From Bacteroidales bacterium (GTDB taxonomy: Bacteria > Bacteroidota > Bacteroidia > Bacteroidales > UBA10428), in contig JBNKPU010000012.1 of NCBI GenBank assembly GCA_050295515.1, positions 25,025 to 89,024 of the forward strand: a stretch of 64,000 nt of DNA, written 5' to 3'. Within the stretch, counting starts at the first letter, position 1. The number at the start of each line of letters is the position of its first letter. The position numbers were made by a program, and so were the translations under genes. The notes under the pieces were generated by a model, which was not told the DNA's origin, searched no databases, and worked only from the letters and a program-made list of their open reading frames with translations. This document shows, piece by piece, positions 21,300 to 29,316 of this stretch.

Positions 21300-22334
21300 A
21301 TGCACTTTGTAGTACTCAGGTTTTCAGCAATGGGCGATGTTGCCCTTACCCTTCCTGTAATTCAAGGAGCATTAAAGGATCATCCGGAAATTAGTATTAC
21401 CATTGTTACGCGTAAATTTTTTTCTCCTTTTTTTGAGAATATTGATCGATTAAAGATTATTACTGCTGATTTTTCAGGAAGGCATAAAGGTTTTCCAGGA
21501 CTAATCAGATTGTTCAAAGAGATTATGCAAATAGGTGAAATAACAGGCGTAATTGATTTGCACAGTGTCTTACGGACGCATATTCTGAGTTCATTGTTTA
21601 AAGCCAAAAAGATAAAAACATACAGGATAATTAAGGACAGGCAGCAAAAAGAGCAACACTTGAAACTTAAGGCAGCTCCAAATCTAATGCACACAATCCA
21701 GCGTTATCAAGAGGTTTTTGAGGCATTTGGACTGCGAGCTACAATTAATCATGCTCCATTTTTTCGATTATCTGGTGAAAGCAAAGCAATGGCTGAAAAA
21801 TTTATTGAGAACAAAGGATTAATGAAGATGAATTTGATTGGTATTGCCCCCTTTGCAAAACATAAATTAAAGATTTGGCCAATAAAAAAAGTAAGGAATT
21901 TTATAGATGCTGCCTCAAAACTTGAAAACACACATATATTATTGTTTGGTGGAGGAAAAGAAGAATCAGAACAGCTTCAACTTTTGGCAGGACGCTATGA
22001 ACATTGTAGTACAGTTCATTTAGATTTGGCTGCTGAGCTGGCATTAATAAGCAGGATGGAATGCATGATCAGTATGGACTCTGCAAATATGCATATTGCT
22101 GCTCTTTCTGGTATACCGGTAGTTTCGGTTTGGGGAGCTACACATCCAGGCATGGGATTTAGTGCCTGGGCTCAACCAGATGAAAACTCAATACAGGTTA
22201 CTGTTGAGGAACTCCCCTGCAGGCCTTGCACAATTTATGGAAAAGGATTTTGCAGGAGGAATGACTTTGCTTGTATGGAGCGAATAAATTTTGACCAGGT
22301 TTTAAAAGTTGTTAAGCCATTAATTAATAATTAA
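21300..22334 (+). CDS. glycosyltransferase family 9 (heptosyltransferase-like)
   Basis: VLRFSAMGDVALTLPV at the N-terminus, and GGGKEE and DSANMHIAALSGIPVVSVWG blocks typical of GT9. Confidence 0.8.
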   Translation: MHFVVLRFSAMGDVALTLPVIQGALKDHPEISITIVTRKFFSPFFENIDRLKIITADFSGRHKGFPGLIRLFKEIMQIGEITGVIDLHSVLRTHILSSLFKAKKIKTYRIIKDRQQKEQHLKLKAAPNLMHTIQRYQEVFEAFGLRATINHAPFFRLSGESKAMAEKFIENKGLMKMNLIGIAPFAKHKLKIWPIKKVRNFIDAASKLENTHILLFGGGKEESEQLQLLAGRYEHCSTVHLDLAAELALISRMECMISMDSANMHIAALSGIPVVSVWGATHPGMGFSAWAQPDENSIQVTVEELPCRPCTIYGKGFCRRNDFACMERINFDQVLKVVKPLINN

Positions 22335-22341
22335 TACCATA

Positions 22342-22713
22342 ATGATACCTAAAGAGAAACTCTATGACGCATTTGGTGAGCTAGTTTATGTTGTTGCTAT
22401 GGCAGATGGCATTATACAGCAAGAGGAAACAGATGCTCTGCACAATATCTTAAAAGATCACCCCTGGGCCAAAGAAGTTGAATGGTCATTCAACTACGAA
22501 AGAAGCCATCATACTGACATTGATTTTTTGTATGGCAAGGTTCTAGATATTTGCTATCAAAACGGTCCTGACCCCGATTATGAAAAATTGCTGAAAATTC
22601 TTGAAAGCGTTGCTGCAGCGCATAAAGGTGTTGACATAAAGGAAAGGGCTGTAATCAACAAATTTACCTCAGATTTGATTGTCAGGTTTCAAAATGACCT
22701 TGAGAAAATTTAG
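22342..22713 (+). CDS. TerB-like small helical protein
   Basis: 123 aa. LVYVVAMADGIIQQEETDALHNIL resembles the TerB-family motif. Confidence 0.4.
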   Translation: MIPKEKLYDAFGELVYVVAMADGIIQQEETDALHNILKDHPWAKEVEWSFNYERSHHTDIDFLYGKVLDICYQNGPDPDYEKLLKILESVAAAHKGVDIKERAVINKFTSDLIVRFQNDLEKI

Positions 22714-22746
22714 AACCCTGTAGAATGTTTGCCGTGGGGATAGTCC

Positions 22747-23970
22747 TTATTCTTCAACGAATTTATAAATGAGGTCTCCAATAAAATCTTCCGCTCTATT
22801 AGAAACAAAGTATCCTTCGGCGTTATTTTTTATAAAATAAAAATCATCATAGGATGAGTTGATGGGTTTACCCAGATTCTCAATTTCTTCGGTTACTAAA
22901 TTATATCTGAAAATATCTAATCCACCATAACCGGGTAAACCTTCGGAGGAAAAATAAAGATATTCACCTTCAACAAAGGGATAGCCTTCATTCAGGAAAG
23001 AATTTATTTTGGGACCCATGTTTTGTGGGGAACCCCAACCATTTTTTGTCCTTTTAACTACATAGATATCAAAATCACCATAGCCTCCCAACATATTCGA
23101 AGCAAAATACATGGTAGAGCCATCCTTGCTTAAACAGGGGTGTGTGCAGCTAAAGTCAACATTATTAAATGGAAGTTTAGTTGTAATGGCATCATTATCA
23201 GATTGTATTTTGGCAGAATAGAGAAAAAGGTTGTCTATTCCTCCCAGTCCGATATAATTTTCAACTTTCCCACCATAGAGTTCCTTTTGATAGCTTGAGG
23301 TAGCACAAAAATATAGTACTTTTTCTTTACCAAAAAGAACCGGGGAATTTGCGTTTCCTGGAAATTCAAGACTGGTCAGGTCAGTTAATACTTCATCGTA
23401 CCTGCCTAGGTAACCAAATTTTCCGGGATTTGATTTTGAATACTGCTGCTCGTTGTTGAAAACATATAAAAGTCTATTTCGATATAGTGAAATTCCATAA
23501 GCTGGATTGGCAGCAAGCTCATTTAATTCATATAATTTGTAAGATTCATCAACACTCGGATTCTCAAGTGCATAATTACATTTGTCAATTAGAATTTGTT
23601 CGGCGTACATGCCGGTACTAATTTCATTCAGTGTTTTTTTGGCAAGTTCATATTTTCCTGTTTCAATCAGGCAGCTAGAATAATCAATATATTGTTCTGC
23701 AGATAGTTCAACTTCAAAAAGCATGGCCTTTTCATAATTCTCGACAGCTTTTTCAGGTTGATGCAATTCGAAATAGCAGTGAGCAATTTTTAATTTAAGT
23801 TCGCCTATCTGATAGGGATCGGTAAGCTTGTTTTCATTCTCAAGAAACAATTCCAAAGCTGAAAAATAGTCAGATTGAGCGAAATACCCATCTGCTTTTT
23901 CAAGCTTTTTATTTTGAGCCTGAAGAAGATAAACCTGAGTGATTAATATAAAAACCAAATTCCATTTCAT
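22747..23970 (-). CDS. TPR plus WD40-like beta-propeller (PD40/TolB-like) periplasmic protein, no OmpA domain
   Basis: Signal peptide MKWNLVFILITQVYLLQAQN (ATG at 23970 preferred). N-terminal TPR-like helices, then PD40-like blocks (S..G.TMYFASN..GGYGDFDIYV; YLYFSSEGLPGYGGLDIF). Confidence 0.6.
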   Translation of the reverse strand: MKWNLVFILITQVYLLQAQNKKLEKADGYFAQSDYFSALELFLENENKLTDPYQIGELKLKIAHCYFELHQPEKAVENYEKAMLFEVELSAEQYIDYSSCLIETGKYELAKKTLNEISTGMYAEQILIDKCNYALENPSVDESYKLYELNELAANPAYGISLYRNRLLYVFNNEQQYSKSNPGKFGYLGRYDEVLTDLTSLEFPGNANSPVLFGKEKVLYFCATSSYQKELYGGKVENYIGLGGIDNLFLYSAKIQSDNDAITTKLPFNNVDFSCTHPCLSKDGSTMYFASNMLGGYGDFDIYVVKRTKNGWGSPQNMGPKINSFLNEGYPFVEGEYLYFSSEGLPGYGGLDIFRYNLVTEEIENLGKPINSSYDDFYFIKNNAEGYFVSNRAEDFIGDLIYKFVEE

Positions 23971-24055
23971 CGGTGTGAAAATAAACATTTTCCAAGTATA
24001 ATGGAGGCTCAATAGGGTGATTTATGATCTTTTAACCAAGTTGGTGTGAAAAATA

Positions 24056-24994
24056 TTAAAAACGAGGACTTTGGTTTCTAAATTCTTTTTTTGGCACAAA
24101 TTGATAAATAATATAAATTTCGTGTCCAGTAAGATAATAACTTTGAATATTGAAATAATTGTGGAAGCTATAGCCAAAGCGGATGGACTTTGTTAAAGCC
24201 AAGTCTCCAAATACTAGAAACTCCCTTTTTGTACGGTACGATAGGCCAAAACTGTATTTATCTGCGTTCAAACTGAGATTTAAATCTGCATCAACTGGGG
24301 CGTTAAGGTTAATCTTTACTAAAGTTGCACTTGTTAATGTCAACTCAGAATTCAATTTGAAATGGTATCCGCCGGTCAACAAATAGGTCCATAAAAGTGG
24401 ATCATAATTTGTGTTACCTTCTAAATTTCCATCGTTATTTATGATACTGCTTTCAATCAAACGGGGTACTGATAGACCCGCAAAATACTGCTTGCTCGAC
24501 AAGAAAATACCAAAATTAAAGTCAGGTCTTATAATTGTCTTGATACCAGCAAATTGGTCATCGTTCCAATCATTAGGGTTTACCAGATTGTAGTTGCTTG
24601 TTAAAACAACTCCACCAGCACCTAATCCAAAAGACAACTTATTACTTGAAGCCAATGATATTGAATAAGAATAATTTACGGTAAAACGTTGTAGGCTATG
24701 AACACCTATGGTTTCCTGGAAAACCGCTCCTCCAACAGTATAATTGTAGAAAGGCTTTACCATTTGCAAACCAAGACTTGCCGGAGCTCCTTCAATACCA
24801 GCCCATTGCTGCCGTCCAATTAAGATAACTGCAAGGTTTTCAAATTCACTATTGGCTCCTGTGTTTATCAGGGGCTTAAATGCCATATAATTAGATTGGT
24901 CATTAAAGTTCTGCCCAAACACGCCTAGGTTAGTAAGGCATAGGGTACTTAAAAGAAAAATTTTTAGTAGTATATATTTAATTTTTGGTTGCAT
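24056..24994 (-). CDS. PorP/SprF family type IX secretion system membrane protein
   Basis: 312 aa. Signal peptide, RQQWAGIEGAPASLGLQ motif, beta-barrel pattern, ending ..NQSPRF. Confidence 0.85.
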   Translation of the reverse strand: MQPKIKYILLKIFLLSTLCLTNLGVFGQNFNDQSNYMAFKPLINTGANSEFENLAVILIGRQQWAGIEGAPASLGLQMVKPFYNYTVGGAVFQETIGVHSLQRFTVNYSYSISLASSNKLSFGLGAGGVVLTSNYNLVNPNDWNDDQFAGIKTIIRPDFNFGIFLSSKQYFAGLSVPRLIESSIINNDGNLEGNTNYDPLLWTYLLTGGYHFKLNSELTLTSATLVKINLNAPVDADLNLSLNADKYSFGLSYRTKREFLVFGDLALTKSIRFGYSFHNYFNIQSYYLTGHEIYIIYQFVPKKEFRNQSPRF

Positions 24995-25005
24995 GGCATT
25001 TAGTT

Positions 25006-26088
25006 TTAATTTCCCGATCTGATTTCGAAAGAGCCCCTTAATACACTATTTTTATCATTTGCATCCTTAAAAAAGATGTAGAAGTAGGTTCCATCAGGCA
25101 AGATGGTTTTATTGGCTATGCCAACTCCATCAACATTCTCACCGCCCCAATCATTGTTGTATTGGGCCTTTTCTAACAAGATATCTCCCCACCGGTTCAT
25201 AATGATGAGTTTATTATTGGGGTAATCCTCGATACCTGTAATTATGAATTTATCGTTGAAGGAGTCATTGTTTGGCGATATACCACCAGATACGACTACT
25301 CCTTCAACTGTTGTACCTTTGAAAAGTGATATAATCGTAGTGCCGGGAGACAATGTTGCCAGGAATTTGTTAGGATCAGTTTCATGTTCGATGGTATAGA
25401 TTACATGCCACTCATCGTTAGTTAAGGATCTAATTTCCAGATATTCCGAATTTAATCCTTCAAGCTCAGGTTCCAGGTATTCAATTTCAATATCGAGGGT
25501 TTGATCAAGTGAAGGAATCTTATAATAACGGCTGATGCTATAATCACCATTCGATTCCTGAATGATATGTCCTCTTCTGAATTCCAATGAGGAAAGTTCA
25601 GCCTGGGCTGTAACGGTAAGTCCTAAATTGCCCAATTCATTGGGCACACCATACTCAAGGTCAACCACTTTAGTAATTTCTCCCAAACCATCAGCAAGAG
25701 CTCTGGCACTGTTTGTTTCGTTGATTAACATGCCATGCAAACTTAAGAAGCTGTTGGTGAGATCTAAATTACCATTGATAAAGTTGATATTATTTACAAG
25801 CACATTTGAGTTTAACTCAAGGTTGCCCTGAAAGATTAAGTTCTGAAATGTAAATTCACCATTGCCTTCTATTGCTAATGTATTGGCAGAGTTAAAAGCA
25901 TATAAAGATTCATCCAAACTAATCAGTTTCCCCTCGCAATGCAATTTAGTTTCAGAAAGGCTTAATACAGAATTTCCTTGTGTTGACAAAGCACCTTCAG
26001 AAATAGTCATGACCTGTCCGATAGAGTTAAGCCAACTAAGAATTAACCCTACTAAAAAAATTGCATGTTTTACTATATTTCGTTTCAT
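25006..26088 (-). CDS. secreted protein with a T9SS type-B (gliding-motility-associated) C-terminal sorting domain
   Basis: C-terminal ISPNNDSFNDKFIITGIEDYPNNKLIIMNRWGDILLEKAQYNNDWGGE...LPDGTYFYIF matches the type-B CTD consensus. N-terminal signal peptide. Confidence 0.8.
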   Translation of the reverse strand: MKRNIVKHAIFLVGLILSWLNSIGQVMTISEGALSTQGNSVLSLSETKLHCEGKLISLDESLYAFNSANTLAIEGNGEFTFQNLIFQGNLELNSNVLVNNINFINGNLDLTNSFLSLHGMLINETNSARALADGLGEITKVVDLEYGVPNELGNLGLTVTAQAELSSLEFRRGHIIQESNGDYSISRYYKIPSLDQTLDIEIEYLEPELEGLNSEYLEIRSLTNDEWHVIYTIEHETDPNKFLATLSPGTTIISLFKGTTVEGVVVSGGISPNNDSFNDKFIITGIEDYPNNKLIIMNRWGDILLEKAQYNNDWGGENVDGVGIANKTILPDGTYFYIFFKDANDKNSVLRGSFEIRSGN

Positions 26089-26108
26089 AAGGTTGTTGAT
26101 TAGGATGC

Positions 26109-29084
26109 TTATTCAGCCAATAACTTTTCGATTTTCTCAATCCGCTTTGCGAGTGCCTCTAATTCTTTGACCTTCTTCTTAAGAGCTTCATTTTCTTTTT
26201 CAAGATCTGTAACCTTATCATTTAAATCTTGTATGGCTTGAGTAAGAACAGGAGTGAGTTTAGAATAATCAATAGACCAAGGATCAGTTTTTGGGTTTTC
26301 TCCTCCAACAGATACTGCTGGTGGAAAAACGGTATAAAGTTGTTGAGCAGAGAAGCCAGTTTGTGGCAATTCAGAGCCCTTATAATTATAATCATAGACC
26401 TTGACATTTAAAATGGTATTTAATCCATGATTGGTTTTGATCAGATTGTCTTTTAGCCTGATATCAGAGGTAGTATTATAATTTACAGTACTTCCATTAC
26501 CGTCAATACTTCCAATTATACTTCCATTTCCATCAATAAACTGTATAAAATCATTTCCTGTTGGAGAGACTAGGGCATTCATAGCAAGTTGAATTATTCC
26601 ATCCACTGCAGGATCGTTATTATCGATTCTAAGAATTGCATCAGTTGCTTTTGTTAAATGCAGTTTATAATCAGGCTTGTCTTCTCCTATTGATACATGA
26701 CCAAGGTTATTCACAAATATTCCAGTATCGCCACCTGCACCAGAGATAAAATTCCCATCGGTACTGAGATTAGTGCCAAGTATATGATTACCCAGGTTAT
26801 CTTGCAAGCCAGATAAATCAACTGTTGTCGCACCTCCAGTTAAACTTAAAACATGTGTAGTTCCATTATAAGCGAGATTTTGTGCATCCGTATTAATTGA
26901 ACTAATATCAACAGTATTGCCACCGCTTATACTTAAATCTGTTCCTACCAGAGAAAGTGTTTGTTCATCCGTATTGTCCAAATAGGGTCCTAGGCTTACA
27001 TTGTTGCCATCAGAAATAATAAGCATGTCAGATGGATTTATACTTAAGGTTTGATCATCCGTATTGTCCAAGTAAGGACCTAGAAAGACAGCATTACCAT
27101 CCTCAATATAGAGTGTGTCATTCGAAATATTTAAGGTTTGATCATCAGTTCCGGTACCACCACCTAGGGCACTTAAATCAACACTATTTCCATTCGTAAT
27201 AGAAAGTGTGGCACCAACCAGCCCTAAGGTTTGTTCATCCGTATCGATAGGGCTTAAATCAACTGTATTTCCATTACTTATACTTAGATCAGTTCCCACC
27301 AATGAAAGTGATTGGGCATCTGTATTGTCCAAATATCCGGAAAGATCTACTGAGTTTCCTTCTGAAATGGATAGCGTATTGGTACTTAGCGTAAGTGTTT
27401 GATCATCTGTATCAGTTGTTGATAAACTTGCCAGGTCAACAGTGTTTCCATTTCCTATGGATAGTTCGGTACCCACAAAGGATAGTTGCTGAGCATCTGT
27501 ATTGTCAAGATAACCAGAAAGATCTACTGAGTTTCCATCAACAATTGATAAAATATTGCTGGTCAAATCCAATGTTTGATCATCAGTGTCAACACCAGAG
27601 AGGGTGCTCAGGTTGACTGTATTCCCGCTTGAAATAGATAAATTAGTTCCAACAAGGGATAAAGATTGGATTTCGTTACTTGCACTAGCATCTCCTTCCA
27701 AAGATGAAAACAACACCTCTTCCCATTGCGTTCCATCCCAACTAATTATTGTGTTACTTGCACCTGTTGCGTCTTGAATATTGTCATAGCCAATTGCCCC
27801 GTTACTAATTTGTAAAGATCCACCTGAGGTTAAACTTGCATCTCCTGAAATTGCAGAACTTACCCATTGCGAACCATCTGAGATAAGAAGGTTGCCTGCT
27901 GGCATGGTTGTCGAATTTATATCAGTAATATCATCAATACTCGAGTTTGTAAGGTTTATTTGCGACCAGGCATAATCGCCATACTGGGCAGTAACAATAC
28001 CTGTTCTGCCAAAGACAGAATTAACATCGTTTGAGTTGTTCACTTTTTCATAATTACTTCCATTATGAATGGCCCAATCGCCCTCCTCAAAAGATATTGC
28101 CCCAGATCCCAGGTTTTGTGATCCAGCCGTAGAAACAATATAAAAATTACCATTTTGTCCAGTAGCATCAGAAATTACAGGAGTATTTGTAGAGGCATCC
28201 CAGGTTCCTAAATAAATTAATCCTGTTGAAATAGTGGCGGGTGTCCATGTTGATCCGTTGTATTTTAAAAACTGGTCGGTACTTGCACCCATGGGATGAA
28301 GTTTGGAGGCCGTAATTTGGGCATCCTGAATCTTTGCTGTAGTAATTGTATTGTCAGCAATTTTTGTTGTGGTAACAGAAGCTGCATCTAGTTCATCAGA
28401 TTGTATTGCTCCGGTACCCAGGTCAGCATTTCCATCAACAACAAGATTATTTACTGTTGTTTCTCCATCAACACTTAGGTTATTTGAGAATTCTGCATTG
28501 CCACTAGTGCTTAAACGTAGACCCTCATTATCACCATCTGCTGTTAAATAGAAAGAATTCAGTTGAATGTTTTGTGTGGCATTATGGTTCCAGCCAACAT
28601 TAGAAGCAGTTTCTAAAACAACAAAATTGCCATTGCTAATCGTTAATGTATCGCCATTTAGAGAGAGTGTTTGTTCGTCATGGTCGGTAAATCCGCCTCC
28701 ATCAGGCAGCAGAATAAAGTTTGCATCACTTAAGTAGAGCGTATCCCCAACTAATGATAAACTTTGAATTTCGTTGGTTGGATCAGGGTCATTGTCAATG
28801 TACTCCTCAGCTTCGCCAATAAGGACCCAATCTGTTCCATCGAAATAATAAAATCCATTTGTTAAATCTGATTGGTAAACCAATAATCCGACTGCAGGAT
28901 CTTGTATGGATGCTTTCTCAGCTGCAGATAATCTTGGAATTAACAATCCCTTCTCTGAAGTTCTGATCTCCAAAGCTGCAGATGGGTGGGGTGTAATTTC
29001 TTCATTTGAAATACCAACACTCTGAGCATTGGATTTTAGACAGATAGCAAATGCTACTAGTAGAAATGTGGTTAAATATTTCAT
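26109..29084 (-). CDS. secreted repeat protein with a C-terminal phage tail-fibre / endosialidase-type intramolecular chaperone (Peptidase S74-like) domain
   Basis: 991 aa with a signal peptide (..KSNAQS). About 13 degenerate DxQxLSLxGxxLSIxxGNxVDLS repeats. C-terminal SDIRLKDNL...VYDYNYK...GFSAQQL...IDYSKLTPVLTQAIQDL followed by a coiled coil (EKENEALKKKVKELE). Confidence 0.8.
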   Translation of the reverse strand: MKYLTTFLLVAFAICLKSNAQSVGISNEEITPHPSAALEIRTSEKGLLIPRLSAAEKASIQDPAVGLLVYQSDLTNGFYYFDGTDWVLIGEAEEYIDNDPDPTNEIQSLSLVGDTLYLSDANFILLPDGGGFTDHDEQTLSLNGDTLTISNGNFVVLETASNVGWNHNATQNIQLNSFYLTADGDNEGLRLSTSGNAEFSNNLSVDGETTVNNLVVDGNADLGTGAIQSDELDAASVTTTKIADNTITTAKIQDAQITASKLHPMGASTDQFLKYNGSTWTPATISTGLIYLGTWDASTNTPVISDATGQNGNFYIVSTAGSQNLGSGAISFEEGDWAIHNGSNYEKVNNSNDVNSVFGRTGIVTAQYGDYAWSQINLTNSSIDDITDINSTTMPAGNLLISDGSQWVSSAISGDASLTSGGSLQISNGAIGYDNIQDATGASNTIISWDGTQWEEVLFSSLEGDASASNEIQSLSLVGTNLSISSGNTVNLSTLSGVDTDDQTLDLTSNILSIVDGNSVDLSGYLDNTDAQQLSFVGTELSIGNGNTVDLASLSTTDTDDQTLTLSTNTLSISEGNSVDLSGYLDNTDAQSLSLVGTDLSISNGNTVDLSPIDTDEQTLGLVGATLSITNGNSVDLSALGGGTGTDDQTLNISNDTLYIEDGNAVFLGPYLDNTDDQTLSINPSDMLIISDGNNVSLGPYLDNTDEQTLSLVGTDLSISGGNTVDISSINTDAQNLAYNGTTHVLSLTGGATTVDLSGLQDNLGNHILGTNLSTDGNFISGAGGDTGIFVNNLGHVSIGEDKPDYKLHLTKATDAILRIDNNDPAVDGIIQLAMNALVSPTGNDFIQFIDGNGSIIGSIDGNGSTVNYNTTSDIRLKDNLIKTNHGLNTILNVKVYDYNYKGSELPQTGFSAQQLYTVFPPAVSVGGENPKTDPWSIDYSKLTPVLTQAIQDLNDKVTDLEKENEALKKKVKELEALAKRIEKIEKLLAE
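26799..27683. repeat. block of about 11 degenerate tandem coding repeats (~24-30 codons each) inside the 991-aa gene
   Basis: Protein residues ~468-762. Recurrent D(D/E/A)Q(T/S)L(S/T/G)L.G(T/A).LSI..GN(T/S)VDLS..(LDNT)D units. The DNA copies are diverged, not identical. Confidence 0.8.
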
Positions 29085-29127
29085 AACTAAAATGATTAAA
29101 TTCTTTTGGGATGGTACTTAATACTAA

Positions 29128-29135
29128 CAAAACTA
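29128..29135 (-). promoter_or_regulatory. -7 box TAgtTTTG upstream of the 991-aa gene
   Basis: Plus-strand caaaacta is tagttttg on the minus strand, 43 nt upstream of the ATG at 29084. Confidence 0.3.
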
Positions 29136-29278
29136 GAACAGTTCCATATGAATGACTATGTTTTTTTGATGAACAGGCTGTTCATTTGGTTGAACTCATT
29201 TATTTCTTGATAACAGGTATTTTTTATGCATTCTATTTTATCCATTTTAGTGGGCTTGGAATTGACTTCATTTTCATG

Positions 29279-29286
29279 TACTTTTG
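29279..29286 (+). promoter_or_regulatory. -7 box TActTTTG upstream of glyQS
   Basis: tacttttg ends 30 nt before the ATG at 29317. Confidence 0.35.
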
Positions 29287-29316
29287 CCAGCTCTTATTCA
29301 AGTAAAAGTAATTCTA

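Noticed and set aside
22747-29084. Prophage or phage-tail-like particle (eCIS/tailocin) interpretation of the tail-fibre-domain gene
   Set aside because: No sheath, tube, baseplate, capsid, terminase, portal, integrase or lysis gene occurs anywhere in the window. The neighbours are T9SS components, so this is a cellular surface protein with a borrowed domain.
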